Source: Macrostomum lignano
Lineage: Eukaryota
Reading direction: 5' to 3'
NCBI GenBank assembly: GCA_002269645.1
Contig: NIVC01000126.1
Location: 372,001 to 436,000, forward strand
Length of the DNA: 64,000 bases
The position numbers and the translations under genes were made by a program. Positions 40,844 through 53,605 of this stretch are shown piece by piece. The notes beneath the pieces are model-generated. The model was not told where the DNA came from and searched no databases. It saw only the letters and a program-made list of their open reading frames with translations. Numbering within the stretch: the stretch's first letter is position 1; the number at the start of each line of letters is the position of its first letter.

Positions 40844-43125
40844 AAAAAAAAAGGCGGACAAAGGCAACGCAGTGGTCATCATGCACCCTAAGGACTACGA
40901 AGTTGCAGCCTACAACCAACTGTTTGACACTGATGCCTATCAACAGCTGGACCAGCCATTGCAACCCGTGACTGCGGAACTTATTAGGGGGATCTTCCTC
41001 AATTTATGTAACAGAAAGTTCATATCTAAGAAACAGTGTGCATTTCTTTGTCCCGGAGAGAACTTTCGTCCCCGGCATTTCTACCTGCTCCCAAAAATTC
41101 ACAAGGACCCGGCCACCTGGCTGATCCCCTTTCGGGTCCCAGCAGGCAGACCTATTGTGAGCGGATGTAGTTCTGAAGCAATTGGGGCAGAAAAGTACAT
41201 AGACTTCTTTCTTAAACCGATTGCCCAAGCGCAACCCACTTTCATTAAGGACTCCTATGACTTCAAGGCACACCTTATGGATAAAAGCTGCACGGAAGGT
41301 TCGACTCTGGCAACCTGTGATGTCCAGAGTCTGTACTCCATGATCCCAATAGATCAGGGCATTGCAGCGATCCAGGAATTCTTTAACCGATACCCGGATC
41401 CCATTAGACCGGATGCTGAAATAATAAAGCTACTGGAATTGTGTTTGTACAGGAATGACTTTGAATTTGACAAAATGATTTTCCTACAACTTAGAGGCAC
41501 AGCCATGGGGCGCATATTTGCGCCCAGCTATGCCTGTCTCTTCATGAGCCTCTGGGAGGAAACTGCCCTGAGAACTGCTCTTTATAAGCCGAACATCTAT
41601 TTTAGGTACATAGATGATATCTTCATTCACTGGGACCACCCGGCTGAAACTCTGACAGAATTTGTTGTACACCTAAATTCAATCAACCCCAACATCAAAC
41701 TCACCGTCAGCTCCTCATCAACTGAGGTCAGTTTCCTTGACATGACCATCAGGAAAGCTGAAAACCGCTTCACAACACAACTGTTTTCAAAAGAAACAGA
41801 CACTCATAGATTGTTGCACCGACAGTCCTTCCATCCGTCACACACCTTCAAGGGGTAGTAAAATCCCAAGTCCTTCGGTACGCTCGAATCTGTGATGACT
41901 ACAAGTCTTTCAACCGTGCTTTCAATTCTTTAAAATCGGAACTCAAGCAATTAGGCTACTCGAAGATTTTTCTTAGAAACTGCAAAAAGGAGGTCCTCAT
42001 ACTTATGAACTGGACTGCAGGACCAACGACCAATCTGGGTCTGCTTCCCAAAGGGTTCCATCCCTGTGGGTCATCCCGTTGCAAATGCTGCACCCACTCA
42101 CCGCCTGCTCTCTCCGCCCAGGGACTGCAACCGGCTTCTGGTTTTTTAATCTCTCAGAGCCTGTCCTGTGGCTCCAAGAACATCATCTATGGCATCTCCT
42201 GCAACCAGTGCCACCCTGGGAAAATCTTCTATGTAGGGATGACTAGAAGAACAATGAGAGATAGAATGAACCAGCACAGGTCAAATATTAACAGGAGAGT
42301 CGTAACTTCGGGGTCAGAGCACTTTCTCACCCCCAATCACTCAATTGCAAACTTTGTCTCCATTGCTATCGAACAAGTTCTTAATAACAACAAAATCGAA
42401 CTAAGGGAAGAAATCTGGATTAAAAAACTAGGGACTGACAAACCGCCAGGTACGAACATCAGGGTCGACAATCATCTTCTCCGACCCATCCCAATGGTCC
42501 TTCCTTTTCACCCATCTACGGTCTGGCTTGCCAACGAGATTGCTAAAAACTTTGATAAGCTACAAAATAAACCAGGCTCCCGCATACTGCCCGCTTTTAC
42601 ACGGCAACGTAACTTACAGAGCCTCCTGGCTCCCAATAAGTTCAAGTCTCAGCCAGGAAACATTTAATCATTTTAACCAATGCGCTATTTTCACCCTATT
42701 AAAGTACAATATTTATTCACGTGTCATTTATTTTATTTTATTTTATTCAAACTGCTTAATTGTACGCTCAATATTGATTTTTATGCTCCTACCCCCAATA
42801 CCGGCATTTCATCTAATCGTATAGTATCGCATATCGTATAGTACTTCGAAATAACAATTTTTTATAACAAATATACTGTCGTTTAAAATGAATGGTGGAA
42901 AGCCTCTGGGACAAGTTAGAGCTAGGCAAAACAGGGTTTTAAATGTACATCCCTCATATGTACAACTACTCATCAATTCTATCAGACTAAGAAAAATAAT
43001 ACTTAAAAGACCAACTTGAATTGCATGACACACAGATTTTTTGGCCTGACGAAGAGCCCAGAGGCTCGAAACCGGTAGCCCATATTAAATTAATTAAGTC
43101 TTTGATTTTTTTAAACACGCCGTGA
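40844..43125 (+). mobile_element. 5'-truncated Penelope-like retroelement (RT + GIY-YIG endonuclease; Neptune-like Cys linker)
   Basis: Begins at KKADKGNAVVI. RT motifs FYLLPKIHK, GRPIVS, DVQSLY, QLRGTAMG and YIDDIF. A -1 frameshift near 41855 rejoins VVKSQVLRYARIC. Linker CGSSRCKCCTH, then IIYGISC..C....YVGMT....RMNQH..HF..PNHS; stop at 42667. The 3' UTR contains a hammerhead motif. Confidence 0.93.
43043..43080 (+). ncRNA. Minimal type I hammerhead ribozyme in the Penelope 3' region
   Basis: GGC-CUGACGA-A-GAGCC-caga-GGCUC-GAAA-CCGG-UA-GCC: conserved core, 5-bp stem II, palindromic ACCGGU mini stem III, GUA cleavage triplet, and stem I GGC/GCC. Confidence 0.85.
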
Positions 43126-43129
43126 CCTC

Positions 43130-44110
<981 letters not shown>

Positions 44111-44959
44111 CTTCCTTTCCACTCTCATCTGGCCCGCACATAAGCTGGATTCTTTATCTGGCTTTTGAAGTAAAAGTCTGCCGATCCCTGCTTCGAAAGC
44201 CAGTTTGTGGGACGTACTACTCTCATCGTTATTCTCATGCTTTGATCACGTCATCTTTCTTGCCAATTTGCAGCCCTGAAAGGAATTTGTGTATCTTCAG
44301 CTCCACTGCAGTCTGCATCAGTCTAACAACCAATGAAATACGCATTTCTTAGGCCATTTAAATTTCAAAGTACTTTTAAGAGAAACTTAAAATTTCAATG
44401 GTGTGCCTAATTTAGTAGGGTTGTATTTCATTGCATCGCATCGCCTTTTCATAAATCTTTCGCTTTTACAAACCATGCTGGATTCCCTCGATTTGCCAAT
44501 TGCCATCCACTGTTAAACTGCTGCAGAGTTTGCCAATACAGAGGGGAGGGCAGTGGTTAGAATTTCTCACTAAACTGTTGTGGCTAAACGTAGCCTCTCC
44601 ACTCTCGGGGTGCAGAGAAGGCTATAAATAAAGTTATTCCAAAACACTGTACATTTGCTATGTACATTCAGTCCTATCGCCTGACCCTTCGTCTGGGCTG
44701 GGGGAATGAGTGAGTGAGAGGCACAAACAACAGAAAAAGCAGACAAACTTCACATGCTTACAGTTTCTTTTTCGGTTGAGTTACAGAGTTGAGACTTTAC
44801 ATTTAGATAGAGAATGAATCAAAGAAGAATTGTGTTAAGTTAGAAGTCAATCGCTTCACGTGGAGCAAACTTATGGCAGCCGAAAGTTAGTCATTTTAAA
44901 ACCCTTTTACACCCTTTGCCCAGATCGGGAAAGAGAGGCAGGCGGGCGGAGGTTGGGGT

Positions 44960-45293
44960 GGTTGCTACGCTGAAAAAAACAGCCTAACTTTAAAAGTGCA
45001 CAGCGGCTTTCAGGATTAACTTTGAGATTTGAAATTTTACACGATTGTGTCAAAATAGTTGAAAATTGCCTGTGTCAAATTTGAAGAGAATCGGTAGAAG
45101 TGGAGCGGCGCTATGGAGGATTTAGTGAAAAAATCGCGCATTTTGAGCAGTTTTTTGTACTTTTAGGTAGGAAGAATTGAGTCTAGGAAATTAAAAGGTA
45201 GCCTAAGACATTCTCCGTAGTAAGTTTAGGGTGGGTGTAAAGTTTGGTGTCATTTGGTTGAGCGGTTTGGGAGTCCATAGCGATCAAAATTGT

Positions 45294-45328
<35 letters not shown>

Positions 45329-45352
45329 TTTGATTTTTATAGGTAGAGATTG
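44960..45352 (+). mobile_element. Possible non-autonomous Helitron/Helentron-like fragment
   Basis: aaatttgaagagaatcgg and aagtttggtgtcatttggttgagcggtttgggag, then (CA)n and ttttataggtagagat. This resembles, from memory, the 3' signature of short DINE-1/Lep1-like elements. Confidence 0.35.
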
Positions 45353-46093
45353 CTCCGACAAGCAATTTATTAGCGTGACAAGTGACATTCATCAGCTCAT
45401 TAATTAGTTAAGAAATTCCCCTTTTTGTTCTTTTAAAAACCTAAATCTAAACACACTACTTTATATTTTTGATTAGTAGCATAAATGCAAATAAATAAAA
45501 ACTAAGTAGGACAACAAACATGATTTGTCAAAATTATAAGACGAAAATGTAAAATATAAAATTGCATGTTAAGTCGTCTAGCAGTGCAATAAATAGCACT
45601 TAAACAAGTGCAATAAATGTACTGCTGGTGCACTGGAAGAATAAGAAAGAAGCAGTTTGACTGATAAATATGGAAAAATAAGCAGTTGGAGCAGTAGTGG
45701 TGGAATTTTACTAGGTAAGCTAGGGGGCAAGTTTACATTGCTGCATGGACTGTACATGCTGTCCAGGTGTTACTGCTTTAACTTTGAGCAAATTCAATCC
45801 GAGATCTTTACTAATTTAGCTACAGGCATGTAACACAGGTAAAATTTAATTCGCTAGACAGTGAAACGATATCTTATCCGCATACAGCCCCCATGCATGG
45901 ATTGCTAGGCTATCCAGTCAAATATTGGCATGATATACCCTCGCTAGATAAGATTCTGAAGTTTATAAAATCAAGTCTGCACCCCGCACCAATTGCCTGT
46001 TATTGGTCTGCTTTTAGGAGCGGCTTAGCTTACTTGTTAAGTCTAATTAGCTTTTTCTGGGTCTCAGTTTAAACTATAAGTCCATAGACTGAA

Positions 46094-49000
46094 ATGTCGA
46101 GCAAAAAACCGGAACCAGCTGCAGAATCTGCGGATTTTGCACCGGCTCTGAGTCAGGCATTCAAGGAGCGCCTGCGGCCGTGCCTGAACGCGCTGGACAG
46201 TCTGAGGTCGCACGGGCTGCAGCGCGAGATCAGCCTGCCAGCCATTGCCGTGGTTGGCGATCAGTCAGTGGGAAAATCTTCCGTATTGGAAGCCATTTCC
46301 GGTGTGGAATTTCCGCGCGGCCTCGGCATTGTGACTCGGTGCCCGCTGATGCTGAGCATGCGCGGCAGGGAGGACTCGGGCTGGACTGCCAGGATTCGGT
46401 GAGGTCTGGGTTGCTATGGGACCCGATATGGTCTTGTAGTTGATTTTGCTACGAAACCCAATAGTGCATGGTGTCCTTTAAGGTTACTATATGCAACCCA
46501 ATGGTGCATGGCGCCATTTAGGTTGCTATGGGACCCGATATGGCCTGTCATATAGGTTTCTATGGGACCCGATATGCATGGTGTCATTTATTTTGCTATG
46601 GGACCCGAAATGCTGCCATTTAGGTTGCTATGGGACCCTGATATGGTGTCATTTAGGTTGCTATGGGACCCGATATGGTGTCATTTAGGAATTGCTATGG
46701 GACCCGATATGGCCTGTCATTTAGGTTGCTTTGGGCGTACCCGATATGGCCTGTCATTTAGGTTGCTATGGGACCCGATGGCGGCGCTATCTAAACATAA
46801 GCCTCTTACAAAGTCCCATAGTTAAGAAGGCATACTAAATGTATTTTAGAATCAAGGACAACGACAGGTACTAAATACTAATTATATATTCCTTTTCAGT
46901 CAGTTTAGTTCACAAGGTAATTAATGTTAAGTTGTATGGACTTTTATGCATTCAAACAGACGAGTCATTCTAAATGCAGTTAGTTTTAGACTTCAGATTT
47001 CTAAGCTGATAAATTTAAATTCTCAGTTCAGTAGCAGTTTATATTTACGGAAATAAGTAATAAACAAAGACGATATTCAAGAGTGCATTCTACTACGTGT
47101 CTAATTAAATGATTTCTATTTTTAGAATACTGCCAATAAATTTTCTATAAACTTCTCTGCATTTCTACTGACAAGTAGTGCAAATATAGAGCGGTAGTAT
47201 CTAATTTTAGAACCGGTTTTCTGTCGCAACTGTTTCAGCTACGAGACCAAGTCGGGTCAGGCCAGGGACAAGCCGCTGTCCACGCCGGCCGAAATCGGAC
47301 AGGCGATTCGCGACGCTCAGGAGGAGATGACCAGCAGCTCGGGGGAGATCTCTGAGAAGCTCATCGAGCTGCACATCGAAGGCGCGGATACACCCGATTT
47401 GACACTAATTGACCTGCCGGGTATCGCCAGGTGAGGGTAGAGTAGGTGAGATTAGATATGTTAATTAAAATGGGTAAGATTAGATAACGCAACAGGCATA
47501 CGAGTATGTCAGTGAGATTAGATATTGAGATTGTGACACAGTGGATCGAATTTTGAAATTAGAGAAGGCGAGATTATTGAGACTAGAATCAATGAGATTG
47601 GATATTGAGACAAGAATCAATGAGATTAGATATTGAAACTGGAATCAATGAGATTGGATATTGAGACTGGAATCAATGGGATTAGATATAGAGACTAGAA
47701 TCAATGAGAATAGACATTGAGGCTAGAGTGAATGAGATCAGATATTGAGACTAGAATCAATGAGACTAGACATTGAGGCTAGAGTGAATGAGATCAGATA
47801 TTGAGACTGGAATCAATGAGACTAGACATTGAGGCTAGAGTGAATGAGATCAGATATTGAGACTAGAATCAATGAGATTAGATATTGAGACTGGAAACAA
47901 TGAGATTAGATATTGAGACTGGAAACAATGAGATTAGATATTGAGACTGGAATCAGTGAGATTAGATATTGAGAGAAGACTGAAATCAATGTGATTAGAT
48001 ATTGAGACTGAAATCGATGAGATTAGATATTGAGACTGCATGGAATCAGTGAGATTAGACAGTCAGGGCCCTTGTACACCCTGTGTGAGCGTGTGCATGA
48101 GTGCGAGCTTGCATGTGATCAAGAGTCAGCGGAACGAGCAGAACTGAGAAGTTTTATTATAATTATTCCCAACCCACCAAATGGCCGCAGATTCTCCATA
48201 GCCAACGCGGGTGACATAGCAACGGTTAGCAAGTCCCTCATCATGTCGTACATCCTCAAGCCCGAGGTGCTCATCCTGGTTGTCATTCCGTGCAACGTTG
48301 ACGTTGAAACAGTGGAGGCGATCTCTCTGGCTCGCGAAGTCGACCCGGAGTGCAAGCGCACCCTGGGGGTGCTGACCTGCCCGGATCTGGTGAACCCCGG
48401 CTCGGAGACCGAAGTCCTCGCCATGATGAGGAACGAACGGCTCAAGCTAAAGAAAGGCTTTGTCACTGTCCGTTGCCGGACCCCGCAGCAGCTGAAAGAC
48501 AACATGGGCCTGCGCGAGGCCTGCAAAGCAGAGGAGGAGTTCTTCAAGTTGCACCCGCAGTTCTGCGCACTCGGCGACTACCAGAGAGGCTGCAAGACTC
48601 TGGCTAACAAGCTCAGCGTGGAACTCTACCAGGCTGTTAAGGAGCGAATTCCCGAGATGCTCAAGGAGATTCAGGTCCGTCCGAGCTGGCGAGTCTACCT
48701 GTATCGGGGAATTAGACTCATCTGTCGGGGAATTAGACTTATCTGTCGGGGAATTAGACTACTCTACCGGGGAATTAGATTGATTTATTGGGGAATTAGA
48801 CTAACCTAATAGGGAATTGGATTAATCAACCGGGGAATTAGATGAATCTATTATTAAATTAGGTTAATGTGTCGGGGAATAAGATTCAAATATTTGGAAA
48901 TCCGACTACTTTATTGGGGAATTAGATTCATCTTATCGGAGAATTAGATTTATCTCTCCGGGAATTGGATTAATCTATCGGGGAATTAGACTAATCTATA

Positions 49001-52000
49001 GGGGACTTAAAATGATTTTTCAGGGAATTATAGATTATTCTTGTGGGGAATTAGAGTAATCTATCAGGGAATTAGACTAACTATCAGAAAATTAGACAAG
49101 GTTTCAATGAATAGTGAAAATCTTTCTAAATTCATTCGTTCCAAAAATGATTTATAGATCAAGCGCAACGACTACATGACCATGCTGGAAGCCCTGGGCA
49201 CCGGGCCGCCCGAGTCCGAGGCCGAAATGAAGGACCTCCTGGTGAAAATGGTTGAAGAGTTTAAGAAGGAATTCTCCAACACAGCCAGCGGAACTCACTG
49301 GCACGAGGAGACCCGACTGTTTGGGCCCTGCCGACTGCACTGGGAGGCTCTGGCTGATGACATCGAGAGATGCGCCTTCTCTGAGTCGCCTGAGAGTGAG
49401 CTGCGATGCTCTGCTGCCCACCTCTCCCCACCTCTTCCCACCTCTCCCCTCGCTCCACCTCTTCCATACTCTCCCTCCTCTCCCTCATCTCCCTCCTCTC
49501 CCTCCTCTCCCCTCCTCTCCCCTCCTCTCCCTCCTCTCCCTCCTCTCCCTCCTCTCCCTCCTCTCCCCTCCTCTCCCTCCTCTCCCTCCTCTCCCTCCTC
49601 TCCCTCCTCTCCCCTCTTCTCCCCTCCTCTCCCCTCTTCTCCCCTCTTCTCCCCTCCCTCCTCTCTCTCCTCTCCCCTTCTCTCCCTCCTCTCCCTCCGC
49701 TCCCTCCTCTCCCCTCTTCTCCCTCCTCTCCCCTCTTCTCCCCTCCTCTCCCCTCTTCTCCCCTCCTCTTTCTCCTCTCCCTCCTCTCTCTCTTCTCCCC
49801 TCCTCTCCCTCCTCTCCCTCCGCTCTCTCCTCTCCCCTCTTCTCCCCTCCTCTCCCCTCTTCTCCCCTCCTCTTTCTCCTCTCCCTCCTCTCTCTCCTCT
49901 CCCCTCCTCTCCCTCCTCTCCCTCCGCTCCCTCCTCTCCCCTCTTCTCCCCTCCTCTCCCCTCTTCTCCCCTCCTCTCTCTCCTCTCCCTCCTCTCCCTC
50001 CTCTCTTTCCTCTCCCCTCCTCTCTCTCCTCTCCCTCCTCTCCCTCCTCTCTCTCCTCTCCCTCCTCTCCCTCCTCTCTCTACTCTCCCCTCCTCTCCCT
50101 CCTCTCCCTCCGCTCCCTCCTCTCCCCTCTTCTCCCCTCCTCTCCCCTCTTCTCCCCTCCTCTTTCTCCTCTCCCTCCTCTTCCTCCTCTCCCTCCTCTC
50201 CCTCCTCTCCCTCCTCTCCCGCCTCTCCCCGCGTCTCCCCACCTCTCCCCATCCTCTCCCCTCTCCCCTCATCTTCTATTCTCCCCCTACATCTCTGTCT
50301 CCTACGTCCTCTCATTATCTCTCAAATCATCTCCACATCTCCCACAACATCTCCCCATCTCTCCCCTTCTCTTATAGTTGAGATTTAATTGTTATCAACC
50401 GAAAACACTTTCCGATACAATTCATAAACCCGGCGCAGACAAAGGCTTGCTGAAGATTCTTGAGGAAGACGTGAAAAGGCAGCGCGGCCGTGAGCTGGTG
50501 GGATTTGACAACACCTTCCCAGTGCTGGAGCGGCTGGTCTGCAGCCACTTCTTAGTCAAACTGCAGCCTCACGCCACCCAGTTTCTGCTGTCTGTCACCC
50601 AAAAGGTCGACCAGACTCTGAGGACCCTCTCAGACCGGGTGTTCGGCCAGTATCCCAGCCTAAATCGGCACATTAAGCAGGAGGTTGAGCTCATAAAGTC
50701 AAGGAAATACGACGATTCGAAAAAGCAGATAATGATGATTCTTGAGCAGGAGAGAATCATCTTTGCTCAGGATCGGATTTACCATAGCGAGCTGGAGAAG
50801 TGAGTTGAGAGCATGATTTCAAGCTGTTTTTCCTTAGATCCTCAAATAGGAAGATTTCGAGACTGGAATACTCATTTCCCCATTAAATCCCCAAATGAGG
50901 AGATTTCGAGACTAGAATCCTTATTTCCACTTTGGATCACCAAATGGGAAGATTTCGAGACAAGAATCCTTATTTCCCCTTTGGATCCCCAAATGGGTAA
51001 TTTCGAAACTAGAATCCTCATTTCCCTATTAGATCCCAGAATGGGAAATTTCGAGACTAGAATCCTCATTTCCCGTTTAGATCCCCAAAATGGGAGATTT
51101 CGAGACTAGAATCCTTATTTCCCATTTAGATCCCCAAAATGGGAGATTTCGAGACTAGAATCCTTATTTCCCATTTAGATCCCCAAAATGGGAGATTTCG
51201 AGACTAGAATCCTCATTTCCCATTTAGATCCCCAAAATGGGAGATTTCGAGACTAGAATCCTCATTTCCCATTTAGATCCCCAAAATGGAAGATTTCGAG
51301 ACTAGAATCCTCATTTCCCACTTAGATTTCCAAGATTTCGACACTGGAATCCCCTTTTCCCCATTAGAAACCTAAATGGGGAGATTTCGAGACTAGAATC
51401 CTTATTTCCCCATTAGATTGCCAAATGAGGAGATTTCGAGACTAAAATCCCGCTTCCCTTTCAAATTCCCAAAATTTCGAGACTATAGAATCGTCATTTC
51501 CCATTTGATCCCCAAATTGGGAGATTTTAAGTTATAATCCTCATTTCCCCATTAGATCCCCAAATGGGGATATTTAGAGACTAGAATCCTCATTTTCCTA
51601 ATCATAGATTTCATTCTCAATTTCCTCTGTCACAGGCCGTCCAACGAAAAGCTGCAGACGAAGGCCACCCTGTCGAAGCCGGCCAACATCTCGGAGGTGA
51701 ATGTCGGGGCCACAGCCCTCAGCCGAGCGAGTCTGCAGCGCGAGCTGGCCCAGCAGAACTCGATGACCGTGCTAGAAGGTGCGGAGGCCTACGTCCGAGT
51801 GTCAGTGCGCCGGCTTCAGGACACGATCCCAATGGCGGTTGTGTACAACATGCTTCACGGAATGTCTAGCGGCGTCAGCCACCGGCTGGGTGTCCTTCTG
51901 ATGGATCCGGGGCAGCTGTACGAACTGCTCCAGGAGGAGAACCCGGAGACCGGGGCCAAGCGGCGGCAGTTGAGGCAGTGGCTCGACAGGCTGATGGTTG

Positions 52001-52026
52001 CTGAGCAGGAGCTGTCCAGCTTCTGA
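46094..52026 (+). CDS. Mx: Mx-like dynamin-superfamily GTPase, 6 coding exons, ~656 aa
   Basis: Exons 46094-46398, 47239-47430, 48191-48674, 49158-49395, 50439-50799, 51636-52026, total 1971 nt in frame. Motifs: [19 protein letters not shown] (G1), [25 protein letters not shown] (G3), TCPD (G4), [13 protein letters not shown] and a C-terminal GED. No PH or proline-rich domain. Confidence 0.9.
46405..46780. repeat. ~37-39 bp minisatellite (gtcatttaggttgctatgggacccgatatgg) in Mx intron 1
   Basis: About 10 imperfect units starting just after the donor. Confidence 0.88.
47575..48055. repeat. 28-bp minisatellite (gagactagaatcaatgagattagatatt) in Mx intron 2
   Basis: About 17 units. The first ~270 bp are also present at 40575-40843. 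Confidence 0.92.
48060..48150 (+). mobile_element. SINE body fragment (same family as 19335)
   Basis: agtcagggcccttgtacaccctgtgtgagcgtgtgcatgagtg...gagtcagcggaacgagc. Confidence 0.6.
48700..49095. repeat. ~22-bp minisatellite (ggggaattagactcatctgtc) in Mx intron 3
   Basis: The core gggaattag recurs about 17 times. Confidence 0.88.
49415..50370. repeat. CT-rich low-complexity repeat in Mx intron 4
   Basis: Built from ctctccctc/ctctcccctc words; the opposite strand is purine-only. Confidence 0.93.
50825..51595. repeat. ~49-bp minisatellite (gagactagaatcctcatttcccatttagatccccaaaatgggagatttc) in Mx intron 5
   Basis: About 15 units. The same family occurs in ENaC intron 1. Confidence 0.93.
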
Positions 52027-52079
52027 GATGATGGATGAAGACGAGTTTGGAGACAATATTAACCATGGAATAGGGTTCT

Positions 52080-52358
52080 GATTAAAGCCAAAACTGGTGT
52101 AGAAAAGCGCCAATACTGGTGTAGAAAAGCGCCAAAACTGGTGTAGAAAAGCGCCAAAACTGGTGTAGAAAAGCGCCAAAACTGGTGTAAAAATTCAGCG
52201 CCAAAACTGGTGTAGAAAAGCGCCAATACTGGTGTAGAAAAGCGCCAAGACTGGTGTAGAAAAGCGCCAATACCGGAGTAGAAAAGCGCCAAAACTGGTG
52301 TAGAAAAGCGCCAAAACTGGAGTAGAAAAGCGCCAAAACTGGTGTAGAAAAGCGCCAT
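52080..52358. repeat. 22-bp minisatellite (aaaactggtgtagaaaagcgcc) just 3' of the Mx stop codon
   Basis: About 12 units. Confidence 0.94.
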
Positions 52359-52917
52359 AAATAGGAGCTAATTACGCTAAGAGGCGAAATGTTTCTCATT
52401 TTTTCAAATACTGAAACTCAAGTTATCCGAAATCCCTAAGATACCTGTTTGAATTTTTTTCTGCAATAGTTAATTTAAATTTTTTAATAATTGATATTCT
52501 TAAATTACGTTTATTAAATATTTAAACCGGTAATGCCACTAATGTTACCTACTAAACATAAGTAAGTATTAAAAAGTTAATTCTTGTTTAAATCGCAAAT
52601 CAATTATTAACGAGACTGAAATATCTGCGTATCGATTTCTTTGTCTACTTTTTAAAAATAAATTTTCAGCACGTGGCTTATAACTGTCAATAATGTGACG
52701 CGATCAAATTCTCTATCTGTGTATTTTTTTAACTGTTTCGCGTTTATCTGTCCACTAATAGTAGATAGAATAGGTGGGATTGAAATGAGAAAGGTATGAA
52801 GCTAAATGAGAGAGACGCTGAAAAAAGGAGACAGAAATGGCGAGTGAGGATTTGGGGAGAGGGGGAGAGGGAGAGAGGGAGAGGGAGAGAAAAGAGAGAG
52901 GGATAGAGGCAGGCATT

Positions 52918-52956
<39 letters not shown>

Positions 52957-53008
52957 GAGAGAGGGAAGAAAGGGAGAGAGGGGCGGAGAGAGACAAATTA
53001 AGAAATCA

Positions 53009-53123
53009 ATTCCTTAATTTCCTACTTGTCATCGATTTTTCTTGTCACTATCCAGACCGGTGATGGACAGACACCTGGAGCGTCACTGGGGCTACTTTGA
53101 TGCCTGGTTTGCCTATCAGAGGT

Positions 53124-53179
<56 letters not shown>

Positions 53180-53180
53180 G
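53009..53180 (+). pseudogene. Partial displaced copy of ENaC exon 2 (acceptor, first 66 nt, then CAGA repeat) upstream of ENaC exon 1
   Basis: Matches 56473-56585 with two substitutions in the exon part. It follows a GA-rich tract (52850-53000). Confidence 0.88.
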
Positions 53181-53605
53181 TTAACAGTTAACTTTTTATG
53201 CTCCAGTTTAACTGGTTTCTACGTTTCATGTTTTACGTTTTGATTGCTGGTTTCTGGTTACTGTCTTAATAAGTCAGGCGGTCTTGTGCTACACATTTGA
53301 GTAATAGTCTATGGCTACTTATATTTCTTCACCGGATTAGTAGTTTGCACGCATATCTATTTCTACGCAGTTTAATTTCATAAAATCGCTGATTGAGCAT
53401 TCTGGGTGAGTTCTGTGACTAGAACTGGAACAGTTGGCGACAAGCTATTAATTCCGAGAAAGAATCTAAAAGTCTATGGCCTAGCAACACAAGAAGTACA
53501 TGATTAAGTCCTTGGAAAAATATTGAATTAATTTAAATAGCGAAGTAGCTCGTACGACAAATCAGAAAATAATATTATAGTCTCTTGCACGCGCGAACAC
53601 CAAGC

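Noticed and set aside
49176-50388. Pro/Ser/Leu-rich 300-400 aa ORFs considered as a dynamin proline-rich domain
   Set aside because: They are read-through into a CT-rich intron; the donor at 49395 and acceptor at 50439 give a normal Mx-length protein.
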